IMG/VR virus record: IMGVR_UViG_3300027763_000036
Coordinates: 1 to 64,000 of that record
Reading direction: 5' to 3' (one strand)
Length of the DNA: 64,000 nt
Source of the DNA: a virus
Below are positions 43,596 through 53,400 of the stretch, one piece after another (within the stretch, counting starts at the first letter, position 1; each line of letters begins with the position of its first letter). The notes beneath the pieces are model-generated. The model was not told the DNA's origin and did no database searches. It was given only the letters and a program-made list of their open reading frames with translations. Made by a program: the position numbers and the translations under genes.

Positions 43596-46024
43596 TGTCT
43601 GCACCTGTTCCTTATTATTTAATAACTAGTTGTTGCTCTCAAACAGTAATCTCTGGTTTATTTCGTATACCAGGTTTAGGTACAGTTCCTAATGGAGTAT
43701 ATCAATATACCGGACCTACTTTTACTGAATCTGTAACAGGCATGGTATTTAACTCTAATTTTTGTTATACAGTAATATTTCAAGGAACAGTTTCTACAGC
43801 ATATCCATCAGCTTTTAATTCAAGTCAAATAACATTAACTGCAAGTAATGATTGTGAAGATCTAATATGCGCACCATGTGGTTCTAAATTTCCAGCATAC
43901 TCTATTTTTAATTGCTGTGATACTGCTAATGTAATTAGTTTAAATATTGATACAGATGCCTGTACCCCAACAGATGGAGTATGGGTATATAATGGTCCTG
44001 GTTTTATAGAACCAATTAGTGGATTTATTTTTAGTACAGGAGAATGTTATAATTTTACTGAGTTACCTGATGGAACATTTGAGCAAGGACCAGATTGTAC
44101 AGATTTTGATATAACAATTTATGATACATGTCAAGCAGCACAAGCTGATGCTGAATGTCCTGCATGTAATTTAGCTTTAGAATTTTTAATATTCACAAGT
44201 TGTTGTGATGATACTGAACTTTTATTTAAAGGTCCTTTTCCTACTTCAACTTATTATGGTGTAAAAGAATATTTAGGACTTCCAGTAAATGGATTAGAAA
44301 ATATATGTTATTCTATTGAAACTGGTGTTGTAGGGGATATACAAGTTCCAGATCTTGCAGCATATAATCTTTTACCAGATCCTCCAGTATATGTAGAAGG
44401 TCTTACTTTTAGTAACTTATCGGCATTAAATACAGATTGTGCACTTTATATTGATGAATGCCCAAATTGTATTAAACAATGTTATACACTTTATGACTGT
44501 GATGGTAATCGTTTTAATACTGAAATAGATTTATCTACATATGTAAATACTTTTATAACAATAATTCAATTAGGAGTTTCTTCAGGACCTTGGTATGTTT
44601 TAGAAAATAATACCGGATCTTGTAATAATGCTGTAACTGGTTTTACAGTAAGCCCCACAGCTCCAACTCCTTGTGATTGTATATGTTATACAGTTGTTGC
44701 ATTAGCTAAAAATTGTGTTTATATAGATTGTGATGGAAATTTACAAAACACAGGTCCTTTATTAACCGGAACACCAATAGAATTTTGTTCTATAGTATAT
44801 CCTTTTATTCAAGGATCTTTTGGAAATCCACCATATATAGTTGGTCCAGGAATTTGTGGAACAACAGCCTGTAACCCGTGTTATAAACTTCAAGATTGTG
44901 AAGGTTTATTACCTGATATTTATACTACAAAACCTTCATTAGGCATAAACGCTATACTTGGACAGATTGTAATACTTTTAGAATACCCAGGAGTTTGTTG
45001 GGAAGTAATTGACACAGTTGAATGTGACTGTGCAATAGATGTTACTGTTATACAATCTTTTGCTAGTTGTGCAACTTGCTTAAGTGCTCCTAAATATAAA
45101 CTAACTAATTGTGATGATTCTACAACAATTGTTTATACTAGTACAGATTTAAGTGCATATGTTGGTCAAGTAATAATCAGATTAGATTGTCCAGGATGCT
45201 GGTTAGTGGAAGAAATAAAAGATATTCCTTCAGATGTTATTATTACAGTAGATGCAAGTTATATTAACTGTACTGAATGTGCAAGAGATTATTACTTACT
45301 TACAGATTGTACAGGATATAAAGATCCTATTATTACTTATACAGATCTTAGTCAATCTGTAGGAAATGTAATTAAAATTAAATATTGTCCAGAAACTTGT
45401 TGGACGGTAACTAGAACATTATTAGCTACAAATGCAGGTATAGTAATTCCAGATGTAGAATATGAAGATTGTGAAGAATGTTTATTAACATTCCCTTGTA
45501 TTTGTACAACAGTTAGAAATGATAGTACTACAAGTAAAGAATATGAATATTATGATTGTGAACTTATAGTACAAACATTTACGTTAGCTCCAGGTGTAAC
45601 ATCAGAAAGATTTTGTGTAAGAACATGGGGAGAGTATTATCCTGAAATAGATTTCATAGTAACATTTGGTAATTGTTCAGAAACTACACCTAATATTTGG
45701 AATTGTCCGCCAATTGTTTATCCAAGAAGAAGTGTACAACCAGGATATAATACACCAGCATGTACTATATCAAAATATGAAAAAATATCTTGTAGATCTG
45801 CAGATGTATACTATAAGCAAGTACTCTATTTAAGATACGGTATATCAGATTGTTGTCCAGAAGACAATGACAAGTGGTTAATCAAAAAGGAACTAATAGA
45901 CTTGGATGCAATAAGAGATCCTAACTATGAATGTACTGTAATAAACCCATGTTGTCCAAATACGCCATCTTGTGGTTCAACACCTTGTGGATGTACTTCA
46001 AATATTCCTTGTAATTCTCATTAA
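43595..46024 (+). CDS. Large Cys-rich repeat protein (tail-associated)
   Basis: 809 aa, about 65 Cys by manual count; repeats Y-x-L-x-DC...IYT-x-x-DLS-x-x-VG...CW-x-V. Confidence 0.8.
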   Translation: MSAPVPYYLITSCCSQTVISGLFRIPGLGTVPNGVYQYTGPTFTESVTGMVFNSNFCYTVIFQGTVSTAYPSAFNSSQITLTASNDCEDLICAPCGSKFPAYSIFNCCDTANVISLNIDTDACTPTDGVWVYNGPGFIEPISGFIFSTGECYNFTELPDGTFEQGPDCTDFDITIYDTCQAAQADAECPACNLALEFLIFTSCCDDTELLFKGPFPTSTYYGVKEYLGLPVNGLENICYSIETGVVGDIQVPDLAAYNLLPDPPVYVEGLTFSNLSALNTDCALYIDECPNCIKQCYTLYDCDGNRFNTEIDLSTYVNTFITIIQLGVSSGPWYVLENNTGSCNNAVTGFTVSPTAPTPCDCICYTVVALAKNCVYIDCDGNLQNTGPLLTGTPIEFCSIVYPFIQGSFGNPPYIVGPGICGTTACNPCYKLQDCEGLLPDIYTTKPSLGINAILGQIVILLEYPGVCWEVIDTVECDCAIDVTVIQSFASCATCLSAPKYKLTNCDDSTTIVYTSTDLSAYVGQVIIRLDCPGCWLVEEIKDIPSDVIITVDASYINCTECARDYYLLTDCTGYKDPIITYTDLSQSVGNVIKIKYCPETCWTVTRTLLATNAGIVIPDVEYEDCEECLLTFPCICTTVRNDSTTSKEYEYYDCELIVQTFTLAPGVTSERFCVRTWGEYYPEIDFIVTFGNCSETTPNIWNCPPIVYPRRSVQPGYNTPACTISKYEKISCRSADVYYKQVLYLRYGISDCCPEDNDKWLIKKELIDLDAIRDPNYECTVINPCCPNTPSCGSTPCGCTSNIPCNSH

Positions 46025-46043
46025 TAATTAGTATATTATAAAT

Positions 46044-47723
46044 ATGAAACCTCTTAATTTAGATAATAGTCCATGTAGTCCAATATCAAGTAACTGTGTT
46101 ATTTGGCAAGGACCAGACATTCCATGTATTAAACTATGTACAGGGGATACAGTATCTGATGTAATCCATAAACTTGCAACAGAACTTTGTAATATTATGG
46201 ATCTGTTAGATGTTAATGGTTATGACTTATCTTGTTTTGACTTAGCAAGCTGTAAGCCTCAGAATATCCAAGAGTTAATTCAGTTTTTAATTGAAAGAAT
46301 TTGTGCACTTGAAGCTGTTGATGCTGTGGTAGCTGCAGCACCTGCTGGACAGACAAGATCAGCAACAGCAGAAACTCTTGTTACTGTTGCTCCTTGTTTT
46401 GTTATAGGTACTACAACAGTAATGACCATTGCTGAATATGCCCAAGCTATGGGAACTAGAATTTGTGGTATAATAGATCAAATAGGTATTATCAATAATC
46501 AAATTAATGATTTAAATGTTAGAGTAACAACATTAGAAACTACCCCAGTACCTACATTCACTATTCCTACATTTACATTAGCATGTAACATTAATACTTT
46601 ATTGTCTGGTGTTACATACGGCATTGATCAAATTCTTGAAGAATATATAAATAATGTATGGTGTGGTTTTTATGCAGTAACTGGATCAACTGCAGATTTA
46701 TCTAGTGCAGTTGCATCACAATGTATATTAGGTACAGATTTTACTAAAGTGAATCCTGCAGCTACATATGCAGTACAATATCCAACCTGGATTCAACCAA
46801 CCACTACTGTTGCAGACTTATTAAATAATGCATGGATAGTTTTATGTGATATTTATAATGGAACTAATGTAACAGTAACAGGAGCTACTACAAACACAAT
46901 TCAAACAACTGTAACTGGTGGACCAGCATATACTGTATCTTCAAAACTTTTAGATACCGGATGGGTAGACCTAAATGGTTTTGGTTATTATTCTGGAGCT
47001 GACACATTAGCATTAAAACCACAAGCAAGAAGAATTGGTAATGTAGTACATTTTAGAGGGTTGATCACTATTCCAATTGATGATGGTGCTGGTGCTCCAT
47101 TATTATGGCAATACCAATCAGCTCCCCCAGTTGATACATATTATCTTTCAACTGTTGTTGCTCCTGCAACAATTGGTCCCAACTCTGTTGTAGCTTCTAC
47201 TGCAGGTACTATAACATTTAATCAAGGTAATTCAGTTATCCCAACATCTATAATGGCTGTAGGTGAAACATTTGATAATAGCTATGCATTAACATTTGTT
47301 GTAGGAACAAGACCAATTCAAGTTGATGGCTCTCCTGTAACAAGTTCTATTTTGTCAGGACTATTTAATGTTTCAATTTCTAGTGCAAAAACATTATCTC
47401 TTTCCCTTCCTAAAAATGCAGAGCAAAATATATTTTCAGGAACTGGAGCATTTAATACATCTCATTTAAACTATATTGTTTCTCATGTTATTTCTGGTGA
47501 TAACGTACCTAAATTTGATAGTGCAAATACTAATGTAAACAGTAATGGTGGGGCAGGAACAATTGGACTTGACTTAGAATATGATGCAACATTAACATAT
47601 CCTTTTACATGTAATGCAAATAATGAACAACAAGTTGGTGGGTTTAGAATTCAACTTGACGGACTAGTTGCATATATTGATCCATGTACTACTGATATAC
47701 TAACACCAATTGTTTGTCCTTAA
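46044..47723 (+). CDS. Tail fibre/spike-like protein
   Basis: N-terminal CVIWQGPDIPC, coiled coil, DTGWVDL...RRIGNVVHFRG. Confidence 0.7.
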   Translation: MKPLNLDNSPCSPISSNCVIWQGPDIPCIKLCTGDTVSDVIHKLATELCNIMDLLDVNGYDLSCFDLASCKPQNIQELIQFLIERICALEAVDAVVAAAPAGQTRSATAETLVTVAPCFVIGTTTVMTIAEYAQAMGTRICGIIDQIGIINNQINDLNVRVTTLETTPVPTFTIPTFTLACNINTLLSGVTYGIDQILEEYINNVWCGFYAVTGSTADLSSAVASQCILGTDFTKVNPAATYAVQYPTWIQPTTTVADLLNNAWIVLCDIYNGTNVTVTGATTNTIQTTVTGGPAYTVSSKLLDTGWVDLNGFGYYSGADTLALKPQARRIGNVVHFRGLITIPIDDGAGAPLLWQYQSAPPVDTYYLSTVVAPATIGPNSVVASTAGTITFNQGNSVIPTSIMAVGETFDNSYALTFVVGTRPIQVDGSPVTSSILSGLFNVSISSAKTLSLSLPKNAEQNIFSGTGAFNTSHLNYIVSHVISGDNVPKFDSANTNVNSNGGAGTIGLDLEYDATLTYPFTCNANNEQQVGGFRIQLDGLVAYIDPCTTDILTPIVCP

Positions 47724-47734
47724 TAAATTAAACT

Positions 47735-47980
47735 ATGGCTACTAATACTTGCACAACTTGCGGATGTAGAAAATGTGGATGTTCAGATAATGCACTTACA
47801 TCTCCACCACCATGTCCTACACCAGAAGGATGTCCTACTCCTTTAACATGTTCTGAAGTTTTTGATGCAGAGTGTGTAGTATATACAGGAGCTCCAATTC
47901 TTTGTGGGCAAACAGTTGTTGTACCTACTGATACAAATATGGCAGAAGCATTACAATTAATTGTTGCTTACTTCTGTTAA
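47735..47980 (+). CDS. Small Cys-rich protein paralogous to the N-terminus of 46044
   Basis: CVVYTGAPILC versus CVIWQGPDIPC. Confidence 0.7.
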   Translation: MATNTCTTCGCRKCGCSDNALTSPPPCPTPEGCPTPLTCSEVFDAECVVYTGAPILCGQTVVVPTDTNMAEALQLIVAYFC

Positions 47981-47989
47981 CAATATAAA

Positions 47990-48053
47990 GTTGCAGTTTG
48001 TTGGTTTCTGTAACAAATGGTAGAACCCCTGCACTTGCGGGGGTTTTGCTTTT
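47990..48053 (+). terminator. Hairpin with exposed UUUGUUGGUUU loop followed by an intrinsic terminator
   Basis: GTTGCAG/CTGTAAC stem; then AACCCCTGC-ACTT-GCGGGGGTT and TTGCTTTT. Confidence 0.75.
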
Positions 48054-48104
48054 ATTACTATATTTGTTAAAGTCATTTATTTTTAGTATATTAATTAGTA
48101 TAGT

Positions 48105-48686
48105 ATGAAGGAATTTAGAAGTCCTGATTTAACAGCACCACGGTATAGACCAGAAGTATATACCATAATGAACAAGAAGTTCTTTGAAAGTTTTAAAAAG
48201 AAACATCCTAAGTATAAAGACTTAGATGATAAAGAGTTAAGAAAGATTGTTAAATATTTTAACAATGCTCTTTTTCAGACAGTTATAGATACAAGGGATG
48301 GTGTTCAACTACCTGAACAAATAGGTTGGTTGTTTATTGGAACTTGTCAAAGTCCTAAAAAACAAAACACTGATTTTATTAAGTCAAAAAAATATGGAGT
48401 AACAGTAACAAATAAAAACTGGGAATCAGATGGTAAGCTTGCCAAAATATTTTTTACAAGCTATGCATTAAAACACAAAATGAAGAATAGAGAGTTTTGG
48501 GGTTTTACAGCATGCAGAGATTTTAAAAGATCAGTAGCAAAAGCTTATCCAGAAAACTGGAACATGTACCTAGTAGTTGAACCAACAAAAAGAATAAAAC
48601 TTGAACATACTAAAAACTTTTTAATCAACTCTGCCAAAATTAAGGAAAGGGAAGATTTAAAACATTATAATGAATTTGACTTATGA
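48105..48686 (+). CDS. IHF/HU-like protein of the tail module
   Basis: Helices, then GVQLPEQIGWLFI; position matches the crAss-like IHF-like gene. Confidence 0.5.
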   Translation: MKEFRSPDLTAPRYRPEVYTIMNKKFFESFKKKHPKYKDLDDKELRKIVKYFNNALFQTVIDTRDGVQLPEQIGWLFIGTCQSPKKQNTDFIKSKKYGVTVTNKNWESDGKLAKIFFTSYALKHKMKNREFWGFTACRDFKRSVAKAYPENWNMYLVVEPTKRIKLEHTKNFLINSAKIKEREDLKHYNEFDL

Positions 48687-49348
48687 CAACTATTGGTGAA
48701 GCAATATCAAGGGTTAGAAATACTCTAAAGGCAGTTAAAGAAGATCCATTCTTAACTGATAGAGTTATATACAGCTCATTGATTAAATATGGTCAGACTC
48801 TTTTAAAGAGAGAAGATAATCAATTTAAACTTATGAAGATAAGTTCTATCTTTCAGGTATTGCCTTATATAGAACTTATAGATGTAGACAAAGTAGAAGC
48901 AGGTTGTATAGGAGTTTATTCTGGATGTTATTTTAAGAGATCTAAAGAAAAACTTCCAACTATTCTTGAAGGGGCAATGGGTCCTATTATACGTACTACA
49001 TCTTCAATAGATGGTACAATAGAAATGTTTAGAACAGATCCAGGTACTTGGGTGTCTATGGTTAGAACAACAACATTTAAATATAATACAAGAAAATATT
49101 TCTGGTATCTTAATGGATACTTATATGCACCAAACATTGATTGGGAAGCAGTAAGGATGGAAGCTATATTTCAAGGAGTTACAGATCCATGTGATCCAAA
49201 ACAGCAATGTGAAATTGCACAGGATCAAAGATTAACTATTCCGGAATATTTATTCTCTGAAGTAGAACAGTTTGTAATCAAAGAACTATCAATGTCAATG
49301 CAGGTTCCTGCTGATAATGCAGATGATAGTCAAAACTCTCTTAGATAA
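48683..49348 (+). CDS. Tail ring/tubular protein
   Basis: 221 aa; YFWYLNGYLY; position before the tail stabiliser. Confidence 0.6.
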   Translation: MTTIGEAISRVRNTLKAVKEDPFLTDRVIYSSLIKYGQTLLKREDNQFKLMKISSIFQVLPYIELIDVDKVEAGCIGVYSGCYFKRSKEKLPTILEGAMGPIIRTTSSIDGTIEMFRTDPGTWVSMVRTTTFKYNTRKYFWYLNGYLYAPNIDWEAVRMEAIFQGVTDPCDPKQQCEIAQDQRLTIPEYLFSEVEQFVIKELSMSMQVPADNADDSQNSLR

Positions 49349-50400
49349 TGGATTTTAATTATACTCTTAGATATAGAACATTTGATCAACTGTTAGAAGA
49401 TGTAACAGTTGACTTAAATACTTTTGCTCTTGAAAATATGATAGAGCCTCAACAGCTGATTAAGCTTACTAAAAAAATAAACTATGATCTTGGTTTACGA
49501 GTAAATCAAACTAAAGAAATTATATTAGAGGTATGTCATGGTAGAGTAAAACTACCAGATGATTTTTATGTATTTAACTTTGCATTTGTTTGTGGAAATT
49601 ATGAACAGCATGCAGGTTATGGACCAATGGCATCAGGGACTCATATTATGGAAGTTCCTTATCAAGAAGTTCCATCTACTGTAGATGTATGTGCTCCACC
49701 AACAGTAAACTGTAGAACATGTAATTCTAATCCATGTAACCAAACTGCAGCATGTAGTCTTAATCATCCAATAGTAGATCCAATACCTACAGAGTATGAT
49801 CCTTTAAATCCTTATGGTAACACATGTGTTGCTCCTAGAGTATTTATGAACTGTAAAGGAGAAAAATGGGAACTTGTTCAAGTAATGAATAACTCCGGTT
49901 CAAGTGTTACTAGAGTTTATAGAGATCTTTTGCCATTAAGAATGAAGGCAAGTCAAGAAATAGAATGTGATTGTCCAAATCTTTATTGGAATGCTGCAAA
50001 CGAGGGATGGATTAAAGGAGGATTTTTATTTACAACATTTCAAACAGGAAGAGTATATTTAAACTACCAAGGTCAAATGGAAGATGATAATGGAAACTTA
50101 ATGGTTCCGGATCATGATCTTTTAAATGAATACTATGAGTATGCACTAAAAGCTAGAATCTTTGAAAACTTATATTTAAATGGAGAGGATGTAGCACAAA
50201 GAATGCAACTTGTAGAACAAAGACTTAAAGCTGCAAGAAACAATGCATTAAGTGTAGTTAATACTCCAAACTTTAGAGAGTTAGAGCAAATGTGGTGGAC
50301 AAATAGAAAAGCTATGTACGGTAAGTACTATTCTATGTTTCAAAGTTATTCACCTAATGCAGGATATTATAGAAATATAACTGGTAATAGAATTATATAA
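49348..50400 (+). CDS. Tail ring/tubular protein with Cys-rich insert
   Basis: VKLPDDF...GRVYLNY...DDNGNLMVPD. Confidence 0.6.
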   Translation: MDFNYTLRYRTFDQLLEDVTVDLNTFALENMIEPQQLIKLTKKINYDLGLRVNQTKEIILEVCHGRVKLPDDFYVFNFAFVCGNYEQHAGYGPMASGTHIMEVPYQEVPSTVDVCAPPTVNCRTCNSNPCNQTAACSLNHPIVDPIPTEYDPLNPYGNTCVAPRVFMNCKGEKWELVQVMNNSGSSVTRVYRDLLPLRMKASQEIECDCPNLYWNAANEGWIKGGFLFTTFQTGRVYLNYQGQMEDDNGNLMVPDHDLLNEYYEYALKARIFENLYLNGEDVAQRMQLVEQRLKAARNNALSVVNTPNFRELEQMWWTNRKAMYGKYYSMFQSYSPNAGYYRNITGNRII

Positions 50401-53400
50401 TGGGTAAAGAAATTCAAAATACTAGTCAAACAGTAACTAATAGTTTTTCAAAAGGTCTTAATAAAGATACAGACCCTTCATTTGTAGAATCTGGATTGTG
50501 GACACATGCTAGAAACATGGTTAACAATACAGATGAAGGTAACTTAGGTACATTAACTAATGAGGACTCAAACTATCTCTGTGGAACAAGTGGTGAAACC
50601 ATGCAGGGTGAGAAAGATATTATTGGATTAATACATCTCTTTGCTGATAAGTGGGTAGTCTTTACTGTTGCTAATGTTAATGGAAAACCTGTTAACTCTG
50701 AGATTGGTTTATATGAAGAAGACTTCTGTAGGTATAGACCAATTGTTTCTGCACCATGTTTAAACTTTAGTAATTTACATCTTATAACTGGTGGATCAAG
50801 ACAGAAGGGAGATTGTAGATGGGAAGTTTATTGGGTTGATGGAAATAACGTGGATAGGTATATGGATGTTGGTGATCCTAAAACTTGGCCAGATCCTAAT
50901 TTTGTTTGGGGAGGTTCTGATCAATCAGTAGCTGGTGCCAATTATAATTACTATTTAGATAATAATGGAAATACAGTTCTTTGGCCAATAACTGCTTGGG
51001 AACAAAAATGTTTACCAACAAATTGTCATATATGTTTTGACACTAATCAACTAGACTGTGATAAAATAAGATTAGCATCTCTTGTTAAAACTCCATGTGT
51101 AGAATTATCTATTGCACCTGGTACAGGTACATTAGAAAATGGAACATACTTTGCAATTGTAGCTTATACAATTAATACTCAGAAAGTAACCAACTATTTT
51201 TCTCCAAGTAATTTACAACCGGTATATACTGAAAGAAATTTATCACAAGGATCTTTACAATTAAATTTAGATTTAGATACAGATAACTTTCAGCAGTTTG
51301 AACTTGTAATAGTAGCATCTATAAATGAAAATGTTATTGCAAAAAAGATTGGATATTATTCTACATCACAAACAACAATTCTATTAGATGATATCCCACT
51401 TACATTAGAGACTATTCCATTAAGTTTAATTACCATTCAGAATCCTGTGTATGAAACATCTGATCAAATGGTTAATGTTAATCAGTACTTATTAAGGATA
51501 GCTCCTAAATCTAAATTTGATTTTAACTATCAGCCATTAGCAAATTTAATTAATACCGAATGGGTTTCTGTTGAATATCCAGAAGATTATTATATTAAAG
51601 GTGGATCAAAGACTGGATATCTTAGAGATGAAGTATACTCATTCTTTATACGTTGGGTATATAATACAGGAGATAAATCTGCTTCTTATCACATTCCAGG
51701 TAGAGCAGCTGAACCATATACATTTGTTGCACCTAATGGAACTACACAAACTTTATTAGACACTGCATCTTATACAGATATAAATAGTTTTGCAGATGAC
51801 ATAAGACTTTGGCAAACTATAAATACAGCAACTCAAACTGGTGTATTTTTAATTAATAATCCAATATTACCAGATGGAGGAAAAGTATTAGCATTTGGTA
51901 AAATGGGATATTGGGAGTCAACAGAATTATATCCACCTAATCAACCAGAAGTTTGGAATTCAAGTTCTCAATGTTGGACAGGAACTACAAATCCAAATTA
52001 TGATTTATGTGGTACACCAATAAGACACCATAAGTTTCCTGATAATGCTTTATCATCTGAAACATATCACTTTAGAGTAGACAATGCAAACTTTGTAGCT
52101 AATCCTTCTGATGGTAAAAAATATATTAGAATCATGAGTGTTAGATTTAATGGAATCATTTATCCAAAAGATAATGATGGAAATCCAATACCAGGAATAG
52201 TTGGTTATGAAATTCTAAGAGGGTCAAGAGAAGGTAATCAAAGTATAGTAGCTAAAGGTATGATTAATAACTTTAGAGATTATGAAATACAAGGTCAGTC
52301 AAAAGGTAATAGAAAAGGGTTGTACGCAAACTATCCATTTAACTGTAGTATTCCTTTAGGTAATACATTGACACCAACTGATCATGATTATAGATTTAAT
52401 GATCCATTTATTAAACCAGTAACTATAAATTCACAAGGAAATGAAACTTTTGTAAATCAGTTTATACCTGAAAATTTATTAACATTTACTTCTCCAGATA
52501 CAAGTTTTAGAAATCCATTTTTAAATCAAACTGAGTTAAAAATATATGGAAGTTTAGAAGGAAACTCAACACATGCATTTGTAGTTCCTAATAAACATCC
52601 AGAAAATAAATTAATGAGTGATGAAGCATTTTATATTTCTGTTATAGTTGGTTTAGGTAATGCTCTTTTAAATTTATTAGGAAAACAAGAAATGCATACA
52701 CAAGCAACTCCTGATTTTCAAGCACCTTATCAAAAATATCCACAATGGAATATAGCAGCTGGTCCAACAGGAGGAACAACAGGTGCTACATTTGATTTAG
52801 ACGCATTTACAGTTAATGCAGCCTCAAGTACTTATAATAATTATGTAACTCAAATGCAAAATTATTTTACATTGGGTGGACAATTAAATGCAGCATTAAC
52901 CGGAGCATTAACATTACAGGATATTTATGATACAACATCTCAAACATATGCTAATATAGGATTATCTACTCCACAAGTAATCGTAACAGATTATACAGCA
53001 GCAACTGTATTTAACAATCTTGGTTTAAATCCAGTTGTAACTGGAGCTATAAATGTTGCTATACAAATACCCTATTACTTTGCAGAAGGATTTAATACTA
53101 CACTAAGAGTAATACAAGCATTCTTACCATTTAGACAGTATGCATTACAATCTCTTGCCCATGGTTTCTATGCAAGGTTTGTTCCTCCTGTAAATAGTTT
53201 CTTAAAAAGATTTAGTTTAAAGGATGGATTTTATTTAACAGATAGTAATCAAGAAGTTCCTGATTATTTAAATGGCCTTGGTGGATTTGAAAGATATTCA
53301 ATAAATAATCTTAATAGAACTAAGACAGTATTTTTAAGAACTGCTGCACCTAATAATTTAAATCCGCTTACTGCTCCTGTTATTGGTCCAAGATTGGTTG

